A stretch of 64,000 bases of DNA, from positions 1 to 64,000 of IMG/VR virus record IMGVR_UViG_3300028601_000022; one strand, written 5' to 3'. Shown one piece after another: positions 1 through 7,769 of this stretch. The stretch is from a virus (lineage: Duplodnaviria > Caudoviricetes). The first letter of the stretch is position 1. Each line of letters starts with the position of its first letter. The notes under the pieces are model-generated. The model was not told the origin of the DNA and searched no databases. It worked only from the letters and a program-made list of their open reading frames with translations. A program made the position numbers and the translations under genes.

Positions 1-265
1 CAGCACGCAAGATGGGGGGGGGGAGCCTAAAAAGTAAGTAGCGTGCTTTGCGCAGACGGAAATCAACGCGTTATGGAAGTTATGAAAGGTGAATACAGGT
101 ATCTGTCGAGCCGCCTTTCGTACAGAAACGAAAAGGTGCATAGGAATGCTATTGATGCCCGCCGGTATTTATCAGAGAGGGCAGTCAAGATATGCGTTAT
201 TTCTGTTCTCGTGGCTTCTCATTATAACGTAGACTAGGCACCCACCCTAGGTGGGGTAACTTTGA

Positions 266-361
266 GAACGAAAAGGAGCTAACATATCGGCCATTAGCGA
301 CGAAAAAATTAATGAAAAAATCAAACAAATAGACGACCACACCGCGAGGTTTTCAATATGA
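266..361 (+). pseudogene. 3' remnant of a HindIII-family restriction endonuclease gene
   Basis: Startless open frame ...ISDEKINEKIKQIDDHTARFSI* whose TGA overlaps the MTase ATG (ATGA). Resembles the R.HindIII C-terminus as recalled; AT-rich like the MTase. Confidence 0.4.
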
Positions 362-1294
362 TTGACCAGATTATACACGATGATTCGATAAAAAAAATAA
401 AAGCAATCCCCGATTGTAGTGTCCATGCTATTATCTCGGATATACCATATGGTATATGTTATAGTGAATGGGATATTTTACACGATAATAAGAATACAGC
501 TCTAGGAGGAGCATCTATAGCACAAACCAAAGCAGGTGAAATTTTCAAACGACGTGGCAAGCCTCTCAACGGTTGGAGTAACGCAGACAAAAAAATTCCG
601 TATGAATATCAAGAATGGTGCGCGTCATGGGGAAAAGAGTGGTTACGAGTTCTTAAACCAGGAGGCTCATGCCTAATCTTTGCTGGCAGAAGATACTCAC
701 ATCGCTGCATTGTTGCATTGGAAGACTGTGGTTTTACCTTCAAAGATATGATTGCGTGGGAAAAACCAACAGCACCATACAGGGCTCAAAGAATTTCAGA
801 AACGTATAAACGCCGTGGCGATTACAAAAATGCCCAAAAATGGTCAGGCTGGAGGGTTGCAAATCTTAGACCATTGTTTGAACCTATTCTTTGGTTACAA
901 AAGCCATATAAAACAGGTGGAACACTCGCAGACAATATCCTTATCAATAAGGTAGGCGGATGGAATCAAAATGCTTTAGAAAAATACAATGGTTTTGGAT
1001 ATTGCAAAAAAAGCGCATCTTTGCTCAAATATATTTCGTATTTCCAGTGACAAAGATGACCATGGGCTTCACGAAGCACAAAAACCCCTTAATCTGATGG
1101 AATGTTTAGTATCTCTGGTTACTAAGCGAGGGGCTTTAATATTGGACCCTTTCGCCGGCTCCGGGACTACCTGTGTGGCAGCTCAAAAGCTAGGGAGACA
1201 TTTCATAGGCATAGAAATAAATAAAAAATATGTGATGATAGCTAAACATCGCCTTAAACAACTACGGGAATGCTCCACCCCGGAAGTCATATAA
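358..1294 (+). CDS. hindIIIM: M.HindIII-like beta-class DNA adenine methyltransferase, split by a +1 frameshift at A7 (1006-1012)
   Basis: Motif IV SDIPY, RRGKPLNGWS and WRVANLRPLFEPILW in 358..1050; HEAQKP and motif I LDPFAGSGTT in 989..1294. Removing one A fuses the two frames. Confidence 0.88.
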
Positions 1295-1314
1295 CAACCG
1301 AGTGCTGGTGCGGA

Positions 1315-1527
1315 ATGAGGGAAGCGGAGCGCGACTTCTCGAATGCTGCTCTCAAGGACTCCTTTGACTTTAGCAGCCCTGAGTTCATCCAGCGCACCTT
1401 GTGCTGGCAGCTTTCACAAGCAGTCAAGGCAAGCCCTGCCGTATGCCGGGAAGTTCTCTGGTCTTGTGGCTTCGACCTCGACCTTGCCTACAGCAAACTC
1501 AAAAGCGATGCCCAGGAGGTAGTATGA
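1315..1527 (+). CDS. Small protein consisting of a UBA/TS-N-like helical module (paralog of the C-terminus of 2235..2945)
   Basis: FSSPEFIQRTLCWQLSQ...VCREVL...GFDLDLAY matches FSTAEFVQRTKVWQLAQ...VCRKML...GYDLDAAY; start uncertain. Confidence 0.55.
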   Translation: MREAERDFSNAALKDSFDFSSPEFIQRTLCWQLSQAVKASPAVCREVLWSCGFDLDLAYSKLKSDAQEVV

Positions 1528-2100
1528 TGGCAATAATATTTTACGTCAATTCATTAGGCATAGTAGATGTGCCTACCAACCACGGTAGCTTCTACGCTAT
1601 CACTGTCCGCGGCAGCTACCTTAAGGTTGAGGAGATATGTTCGGGTACCGTAGAAGGAACTGCTTTTGCTGGCATAGTTAAGGGTCTGACACCCGATTTC
1701 GTGTTTGACCTCTGTTCCTTTGTGACCAACTTTAGCGACAAAGACAGCCACAGGCGCCCGCTGTTTGGTGCGCTTGCCTGGGCAGTCAACAGCGCCAGGT
1801 CGGGCAGAGATTTTCTGCCGCCCCCTTACCGGTTCAACCTTTTCCGACGTGGGCACCCTCGATGTCCTGGGACCTACTGCCAGCGACCTCATAGCCTGTC
1901 TTGGTGAGAAGATTCTTAAGGCGTCCGAGGCTGACACAGTATTTCACGATGTTCACATATCGGTCGAATTTTCTCGCACACCTGCCAGAGAGTACAAAGC
2001 CCCTAAAATCACCTTTGAGGTGAACGACAGGGACATGCGTGTTGACGGGAAAAAGGCGTCTGACGCGCCCGACCAGGCGTTTCGCTGCCCTGACAAGTAG
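1524..2100 (+). CDS. Hypothetical protein, probably frameshifted at C5 (~1821-1825)
   Basis: AGGAGG RBS before ATG 1524/1527. ORF 1524..1907 overlaps ORF ..2100 in the +1 frame; one C less joins them (LPPLTGST). Confidence 0.45.
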
Positions 2101-2144
2101 CAGAAAGCGCGTCAACGCTGGGTTTTTAGCTCAAAAAGATAGGC

Positions 2145-2173
2145 TTGACATTTCCCTCTCCCTATGATATAAT
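2145..2173 (+). promoter_or_regulatory. Early sigma70 promoter P1
   Basis: TTGACA-17 bp-TATAAT with TGn extended -10. Confidence 0.9.
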
Positions 2174-2234
2174 GTAGTCACGGGGAGAGGTCTTCCCGTA
2201 TCTCGACAAACTCAACGCACCCTAGGAGGGCGAC

Positions 2235-2945
2235 ATGGCTACTGCTGACAAGAAAGCAACTGCGAAGGCATTGGTGAAGGCTGCGAAGAATGCGAAAAGC
2301 CCCAGCAAGGGCAAAGAGCCGAGCGCACCGAAAAAGGAAAAGGGCACGCCCAAGAACCTCATGACGTTCTATGTGAGCGCGAAGGGCACGGTCATCAGCG
2401 GGCATGTGACCCCAAAGAACAAGGCCACTCCCTACTTTGAGTTCAGCATTGACGGCAACCAACTCCAATTGCGCTGGGCCCCTAAGGGGACAGCGGCGGT
2501 TTCGCTTCGCATATTGAAAGCCAGCCTGGCCAAGAACTCCGCGGATGAACTCTGCGGCCGAATCCGCGGAAAGCTTAGCCCGGATCTCTTCAAGATTCTG
2601 CGCCCCATTTTTGCCTGGCTGATTGAGCGCGTTAAGAACGACACCCTGGACCAACCGAAAGTTGGCCGCTGCTGGCGTGAAATGCCAAAAGCAAACCCAA
2701 CGGCACCCGACTGCACCAAGCCTTGCTTGAAGGCTACGGTCAAGCCCGCAACCGAAAATGTGTTCTCAACAGCCGAGTTTGTCCAGCGCACGAAAGTTTG
2801 GCAGCTGGCTCAAGTGACCGGCCATGATGCCCTCGTGTGCCGCAAGATGCTTGAACGGCACGGGTACGACCTTGACGCGGCCTACGCTGAATTTCTTGGG
2901 TACGCAGAACGCACAGCCCGCGAAATTAGCGGGTCTGATAGCTAG
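2235..2945 (+). CDS. Early basic protein with Lys-rich N-terminus and C-terminal UBA/TS-N-like domain
   Basis: AGGAGG RBS; directly behind P1. Confidence 0.75.
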   Translation: MATADKKATAKALVKAAKNAKSPSKGKEPSAPKKEKGTPKNLMTFYVSAKGTVISGHVTPKNKATPYFEFSIDGNQLQLRWAPKGTAAVSLRILKASLAKNSADELCGRIRGKLSPDLFKILRPIFAWLIERVKNDTLDQPKVGRCWREMPKANPTAPDCTKPCLKATVKPATENVFSTAEFVQRTKVWQLAQVTGHDALVCRKMLERHGYDLDAAYAEFLGYAERTAREISGSDS

Positions 2946-2955
2946 CCCGGTGGGC

Positions 2956-2984
2956 TTGACATTGTCCTCTCCCTGTGATATAAT
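2956..2984 (+). promoter_or_regulatory. Early sigma70 promoter P2
   Basis: TTGACA-17-TATAAT, extended -10. Confidence 0.9.
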
Positions 2985-3030
2985 AAGTCATAGGGAGAGG
3001 GCGTTCGCAAACCCAATAGGCATGCGAGGC

Positions 3031-3059
3031 TTGACATTCTCCTCGTCCTGTGATATAAT
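3031..3059 (+). promoter_or_regulatory. Early sigma70 promoter P3
   Basis: TTGACA-17-TATAAT, extended -10. Confidence 0.9.
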
Positions 3060-3080
3060 GTAGTTGAGGGCGATAGGGAA

Positions 3081-3141
3081 CGCTAACTAGGCTGACTGCC
3101 CGGGGCAAACTCAACAGCCGCTCAACCGAGCAAAATTAGCG
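3081..3141 (+). ncRNA. Putative structured RNA / leader downstream of P3
   Basis: CGCTAA...TTAGCG closing stem enclosing GGCTG..CAGCC and GCTC-AACC-GAGC hairpins. Confidence 0.35.
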
Positions 3142-3167
3142 AGGACGAAAGGGTTACGGTATTAGGG

Positions 3168-3196
3168 TTGACATTCGGAACGACCTGTGATATAAT
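3168..3196 (+). promoter_or_regulatory. Early sigma70 promoter P4
   Basis: TTGACA-17-TATAAT, extended -10. Confidence 0.9.
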
Positions 3197-3243
3197 AAGT
3201 CACAGGGACAGGGACAGGAAGAGAGCTACGCTCAAAACGTCCC

Positions 3244-3337
3244 GCTAGGAATCGTTTAGTGATACGTTGCGAAGTTTCGCAATACGGGAAACAATTCCCG
3301 ATTAGCTACCCGCAGGTAGCGGTGGCTGGGGCCTAGC
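3244..3337 (+). ncRNA. Putative multibranch structured RNA / 5' leader downstream of P4
   Basis: GCTAGG...CCTAGC closing three perfect 6-bp stems with 4-nt loops (TTGCGA/TCGCAA, CGGGAA/TTCCCG, GCTACC/GGTAGC). Confidence 0.45.
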
Positions 3338-3404
3338 AAACTCGTTTAATATGAAAACGACCACAGCAATGTGGGTAACATTTACCGAAGTCCAGGAGGA
3401 CACC

Positions 3405-3932
3405 ATGAGCGTTGACAAAATGCAGGAAAAGATTGTAGCCCTTAAGAGCCAGCTTGCCGAAGAACGCGAACTCCGCAAGGCGGTTCAGCGCGAACTCAAC
3501 GATACCAAGAAGCTTCTTTCCCGCGCCCAGTCACTGGCCGCCAAGATGGGCCAGGCGTGCGCCGCCCTCAACGAAGCCATCAACGACGGCGAAGCCGCTG
3601 CGCCCAAGAAGGCCAAGAATGTCAAGGCCGGCGCAAAGACGCAGAACACGGGCGGCAAGCCCAGCAAGAAGGATGGCAAGAAGGTCAAGGCCGACAAGCC
3701 CAAGAAGGTCGTCAAAATCGTTGAATCTGACGAGGACGATGACGAAGCCCCGACCCCCAAGAAGGCCAAGAAGGGCGGCAAAAAGGCCAAGTCCGACAAG
3801 AAGCCCATCAAGAAGGGCAAGGGCGACAAGTCCGAAGTCAAGAAGGACAAGTCCGACAAAAAGGTCAAGGGCAAGGGAAAGAGCAAGAGCAAGGTCGACG
3901 ACCTTGACCTGGACGACACCTACGAAGACTAG
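3405..3932 (+). CDS. Coiled-coil plus histone H1-like Lys-rich disordered protein with acidic C-terminal tip
   Basis: AGGAGG RBS before ATG 3405; PKKAK/KKGGKK repeats; ends DDLDLDDTYED. Confidence 0.8.
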   Translation: MSVDKMQEKIVALKSQLAEERELRKAVQRELNDTKKLLSRAQSLAAKMGQACAALNEAINDGEAAAPKKAKNVKAGAKTQNTGGKPSKKDGKKVKADKPKKVVKIVESDEDDDEAPTPKKAKKGGKKAKSDKKPIKKGKGDKSEVKKDKSDKKVKGKGKSKSKVDDLDLDDTYED

Positions 3933-4073
3933 CGCACCATGCGCCGGCCACGAGGCAAACACCGGGGCCTGTTTATCGGGCCTCGGTGAAAAATAAACTC
4001 AACAATCACACGCAAACATTGCGGCCGCAAAAACAACAAAAGGCCGCAACAAAATCCCCAGGAGGGAACTCAC

Positions 4074-4829
4074 ATGGCTGCTAAGAAAAACAGGGGTATC
4101 AAGGGCACTGCTGGTTCTGACAATTTCGTTGTTCGCGTGTTCTCCGACATGCCGGTTGTCTCCGAACGTAAAATGCAGGTGCAACTGGAAGATATGAATG
4201 AAGAATACGTCATTCTCTCCATGCGCCAGCCGCGCTCGTCCAAGCGCATCAAACGCCTCATTCCCCGTGACGAATTTGTCGCGTTCTCCTACAACGAAGA
4301 CTCCGGCGAAGTGTCCTTCATCTTGCCCTCGACTCGCCAGGAAGTGCTGACGGTTATCGGCACCGTTGAATGCCTGGGCGGCATGGTCTACGTCACGGCC
4401 GAAGACGGCACGGTTCACTTCTTCCACGAAGAAGACGTGGAAATTGTGGCCGAGGCCGACGACTCCGGCAAAAAGTCCAAGAAGGACAAAAAGGCCAAGG
4501 GCAAAAAGGGCAAGAAGGTCGCCCCCGTCGACGATGACGAGGACGATGACGAGGACGACGACTCCGACGAGGACGACGACGACGACTCCGACGAGGACGA
4601 GGATGAGTCCGACGAGGACGAGGATGAGTCCGACGAGGACGAAGACTCGGACGAGGAAGACGAGGACGACGACTCGGACGAGGACGACTCGGACGATGAC
4701 GAGGACGATGGCGAGGACGACGACGACGACTCCGACGAGGACGACGACGAGGACGAGGATGACGAGGACGATGAAGACGAAGCTCCTCGCGGCAAAAAGG
4801 GCCGGGGCAAGGGCCGGGGTCGCAAGTAA
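4074..4829 (+). CDS. Protein with folded N-domain, ~85-aa Asp/Glu tract and basic RG/K tail
   Basis: AGGAGG RBS; D/E/S low-complexity tract flanked by Lys-rich segments. Confidence 0.8.
   Translation: MAAKKNRGIKGTAGSDNFVVRVFSDMPVVSERKMQVQLEDMNEEYVILSMRQPRSSKRIKRLIPRDEFVAFSYNEDSGEVSFILPSTRQEVLTVIGTVECLGGMVYVTAEDGTVHFFHEEDVEIVAEADDSGKKSKKDKKAKGKKGKKVAPVDDDEDDDEDDDSDEDDDDDSDEDEDESDEDEDESDEDEDSDEEDEDDDSDEDDSDDDEDDGEDDDDDSDEDDDEDEDDEDDEDEAPRGKKGRGKGRGRK
4530..4780 (+). repeat. GAC/GAG codon low-complexity repeat encoding the acidic tract
   Basis: Includes tandem 21-mer GACGAGGACGAGGATGAGTCC. Confidence 0.8.
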
Positions 4830-4934
4830 CCCCCGCTAGCACGCCTACTGCTACTGGCATCCAAGTCTGATTCTCTGGGCTGTCAAACTCAACATCGGGT
4901 TTGACAGCCTAGATTCAACCCAAGGGAGAACATT

Positions 4935-5564
4935 ATGGAAACCCCGGTTCAGATTTTCGTTGAACCCGACAAGCTTGTGGGAAGTCTTGAAGATTTCCTC
5001 AAGAGCTTGCCTGCTGACACCAAGTCCGTCCAGATGTGCTTGTACGCTTACGTGGACAACTATGACGACTACACCGACAAGACCAAGTGCGTGGCCGAAG
5101 GCGACGCCTGGCTCAACCTTTCCGAAGAAGCCCGCATGGAACTCATTGGCGCGGCTGTCACTAATGCCTTGCAGCTTGCGGCCGAAGTCATAACTGCTCC
5201 GACCGAAACGGAAGCCGAATACGCCGAAGCCGCTGCAAAGTTGGACGCCCTGGGCGACAAACTCAAATCCCTCTCCCGCTCGTTTGTGCTGCACATGGAA
5301 AACGTGGACACGGCCGCGCTGGCCGCAACGCAGCTTGAGCGCCTGTTTGAAGGTCTGCTTGCCCACAATGAACGCACCATCTTTACCCTGGCGATGGGCA
5401 CTTTCAAGAAGCGGAAGCCCCTCGCTCCCGTTATGGAAGAACTCCAGTGGAAGCTTCTGTCGCAAGCCCGCAGGCCCAAGACGCACGCCATCGGCAAGCC
5501 CGAAGTCGGCAAGCCCGTCGGTAAGCCCGTTGCCAAACCGGCCAGCCCTGCCAACGAAGCCTAG
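4935..5564 (+). CDS. Early hypothetical helical protein
   Basis: GGAG RBS; same codon bias as neighbours; GKPV repeats at C-terminus. Confidence 0.75.
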   Translation: METPVQIFVEPDKLVGSLEDFLKSLPADTKSVQMCLYAYVDNYDDYTDKTKCVAEGDAWLNLSEEARMELIGAAVTNALQLAAEVITAPTETEAEYAEAAAKLDALGDKLKSLSRSFVLHMENVDTAALAATQLERLFEGLLAHNERTIFTLAMGTFKKRKPLAPVMEELQWKLLSQARRPKTHAIGKPEVGKPVGKPVAKPASPANEA

Positions 5565-5587
5565 CACATCGGCGCCGGAAGGAAGGT

Positions 5588-5622
5588 AGCCCTCAGCCTC
5601 AGCATACGGGCTGGGGGCTTTT
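5588..5622 (+). terminator. Rho-independent terminator ending the early unit
   Basis: AGCCCTCAGCC...GGCTGGGGGCT followed by TTTT. Confidence 0.75.
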
Positions 5623-5649
5623 ACCAGTTTAGTTTGTCAGGAGGACAAT

Positions 5650-6885
5650 ATGGCCGAAAGCTGCCCCGATTCGGAACGGGCAGGACAAGTGATAGCATTC
5701 TTGACAAGATTGCGCTATCTCTCCTTGAAGGAGAAAGTTCTGCTCCTAAAGAATTGCCCTTACAAGGGGCTGGTGAAAAGGATACTGGGTCTTGCTTTTG
5801 CTGGAAACATATTCCGCATTGACCTAGAAACCATCAACAGGAAAAAGACAACAGACCTGATAGGCGCAGATGAAAGGCTGGCCAGGTTTGTCATGTTGCA
5901 AGAGAGATTCTTTGCGGAAGAAATTACGGTGCCCGCCTTCTTGAAAAAACTACAAAAGCTGATGGCCGTCCTTCACGTTCGTGAGTTCGACTTTTACAGC
6001 GACCTACTGTCTGGCGGGACCTGCTATCTTGACTATATCTCCTACCGCAAAATAATCCTCAAGGGCAAAGATGAAAAGGACTACGTCCGATTCATGCGCC
6101 CGTGCGAAGCAAACTCGGACGCCGCGTGGGGAGGCAAACGCTTTGTCGTTCAGCCTAACTACCAGGGCATCCAGCTTAGGGTAATCCTCGAGAAGGGGAA
6201 GAAGCCTAAGCTGATAGGAAGAGACCAAAACTCCTACGCCAATCGGATGAAGGCTACGCTAAAGACCGCGTATGGCTTCCTTAAGGAGTCCGGTCTCAAC
6301 CGTGTCGAGTTTGACGGCATCCTCACTTTAAAAGACAAACGCAATAGACCAGCGCACGACTGGAAAGCTTCGGAATGCTGCTTGTACATTTACGATATGG
6401 TGGATGAATCGCTGCCTTTGAAACGAAGGCTGCGGACAGTCAAGGCGTTCTGCAACTTCCTTAAGCTTGCCAAGAATAAGCGCATTATTATGATGCCTAC
6501 GGACATCCTCTCTGGCCCTTCCATTCTTATGGAAGCTAAAAGCTTCTCACGGGGTGTTAACCCTTACGCTTCAAGGAATGGAATTATCGTCAAGCGCTGG
6601 GATAGTGCGTATGAGTTCAAACGCAGCCCTAACTGGTTGACGCTGACGGCATTTAAGGAGACCGAGTCCGGCACATTCCTGGGCAGGGCAACTATTGTTG
6701 GGTTTGCACCTGGCATGACGAAGATTTATGCCATCGACAACAACGGCCTTGAATTGGAAGTGGAAGGAGCACAGGCAACTATTGCTCCCCTCTCAAAATA
6801 CGTAGGGTTCACCGTTGAATATGCTTTCATTCACGGGTACCTGAGTTTCAGGCGAGTTCTCTACGACAAGGGACGGGAGGTATAG
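5650..6885 (+). CDS. ATP-dependent DNA ligase-like protein with degenerate catalytic motifs
   Basis: Ligase motif order kept: QPNYQG (I), FDGIL (III), YIYD (IIIa), NGIIVK (IV), YEFKRSPNWLTL (V). Confidence 0.7.
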   Translation: MAESCPDSERAGQVIAFLTRLRYLSLKEKVLLLKNCPYKGLVKRILGLAFAGNIFRIDLETINRKKTTDLIGADERLARFVMLQERFFAEEITVPAFLKKLQKLMAVLHVREFDFYSDLLSGGTCYLDYISYRKIILKGKDEKDYVRFMRPCEANSDAAWGGKRFVVQPNYQGIQLRVILEKGKKPKLIGRDQNSYANRMKATLKTAYGFLKESGLNRVEFDGILTLKDKRNRPAHDWKASECCLYIYDMVDESLPLKRRLRTVKAFCNFLKLAKNKRIIMMPTDILSGPSILMEAKSFSRGVNPYASRNGIIVKRWDSAYEFKRSPNWLTLTAFKETESGTFLGRATIVGFAPGMTKIYAIDNNGLELEVEGAQATIAPLSKYVGFTVEYAFIHGYLSFRRVLYDKGREV

Positions 6886-6886
6886 A

Positions 6887-7768
6887 ATGAAAGCTGCATT
6901 GTATATTGACCTAGACAACATGCTTGGTTACTGCTACTCTCTCGGCTATCGGTTTAAGCCGAGGAGCCTGGTGCAGTTTATTACCGAGCGCGGTGATACG
7001 CTCGAAATTGCAAAGAGCTTTGGTAGTATTAAGTCTGCGTTGTCACACCTCGGCTTCTTTATGAGCGAGGACGCCTGCCTTGGCCTTTTGAGGGCAGCCG
7101 GCATTGAGCATGTGTCCTGCGCCGGAAAGAAAAACTCGGCAGACTTGTCTCTTAGCCTGGAAGCCCTCACTGACAACGAGTCCTATGATGTCCTATACAT
7201 CGTATCGTCGGATGCAGACTTCCTTCCGCTAACGGAAAAGCTCACGGCTCTAGGTAAGAAAGTAGTTTGCATTCGGATGTTTCAGCCGCAAAACGCTACC
7301 GAGTGCGCTGGCTTGACCGAAGTTTATTACCATGACATTCTCGGTATCTCGGTAGAGGAAGGATTTGACGTTAAGGTCCTGGTTTACAGGAATGTGGTTG
7401 AGTCAGTGCTGAAAAGTCCTCTTGTTCGCCCTGAACAGCTTGAGGAAGTAATGAAGGACGTACTTGAAAAGTTCGTTCCTGGCCAGACCCTCGCTAACCT
7501 TGCTTCTGCTATCGGCAGAAAGGACGCATTCAAAATCATACGAACGGCCCTGTACGGTAAGGCCTTTGTATCTGACCCTGCGGACAAGACCGTGCTTCTG
7601 GCGGTGCGCGATGGCCTTGACGGCCTTTTGTCTGCATACTACAGGCAATGCCAATTCATCCTGCGCAGGCATTTGAAGGGCCCCTTGGATGAGGATGCAC
7701 TGAATAAAACTTTCATGCTGAAAAATAAGAGGTACTCTCTTACTGAAAGGCACCTCGAGGAGATTTAG
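6887..7768 (+). CDS. NYN domain (LabA/DUF88, PIN-like) nuclease
   Basis: LYIDLDN, KNSADLSL, IVSSDADFLPL. Confidence 0.85.
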   Translation: MKAALYIDLDNMLGYCYSLGYRFKPRSLVQFITERGDTLEIAKSFGSIKSALSHLGFFMSEDACLGLLRAAGIEHVSCAGKKNSADLSLSLEALTDNESYDVLYIVSSDADFLPLTEKLTALGKKVVCIRMFQPQNATECAGLTEVYYHDILGISVEEGFDVKVLVYRNVVESVLKSPLVRPEQLEEVMKDVLEKFVPGQTLANLASAIGRKDAFKIIRTALYGKAFVSDPADKTVLLAVRDGLDGLLSAYYRQCQFILRRHLKGPLDEDALNKTFMLKNKRYSLTERHLEEI

Positions 7769-7769
7769 G

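Noticed and set aside
1821-1827. Programmed +1 frameshift at CCCCCTT
   Set aside because: Equally explained by a one-base homopolymer error or gene decay; no stimulatory signal evident.
2145-3200. CRISPR-like or mini-array reading of the repeated TTGACATT...TGATATAAT units
   Set aside because: Irregular spacing and exact sigma70 geometry identify them as promoters; no cas genes.
3244-3337. tRNA gene
   Set aside because: No TTCRA T-loop, D-loop or 7-nt anticodon loop.
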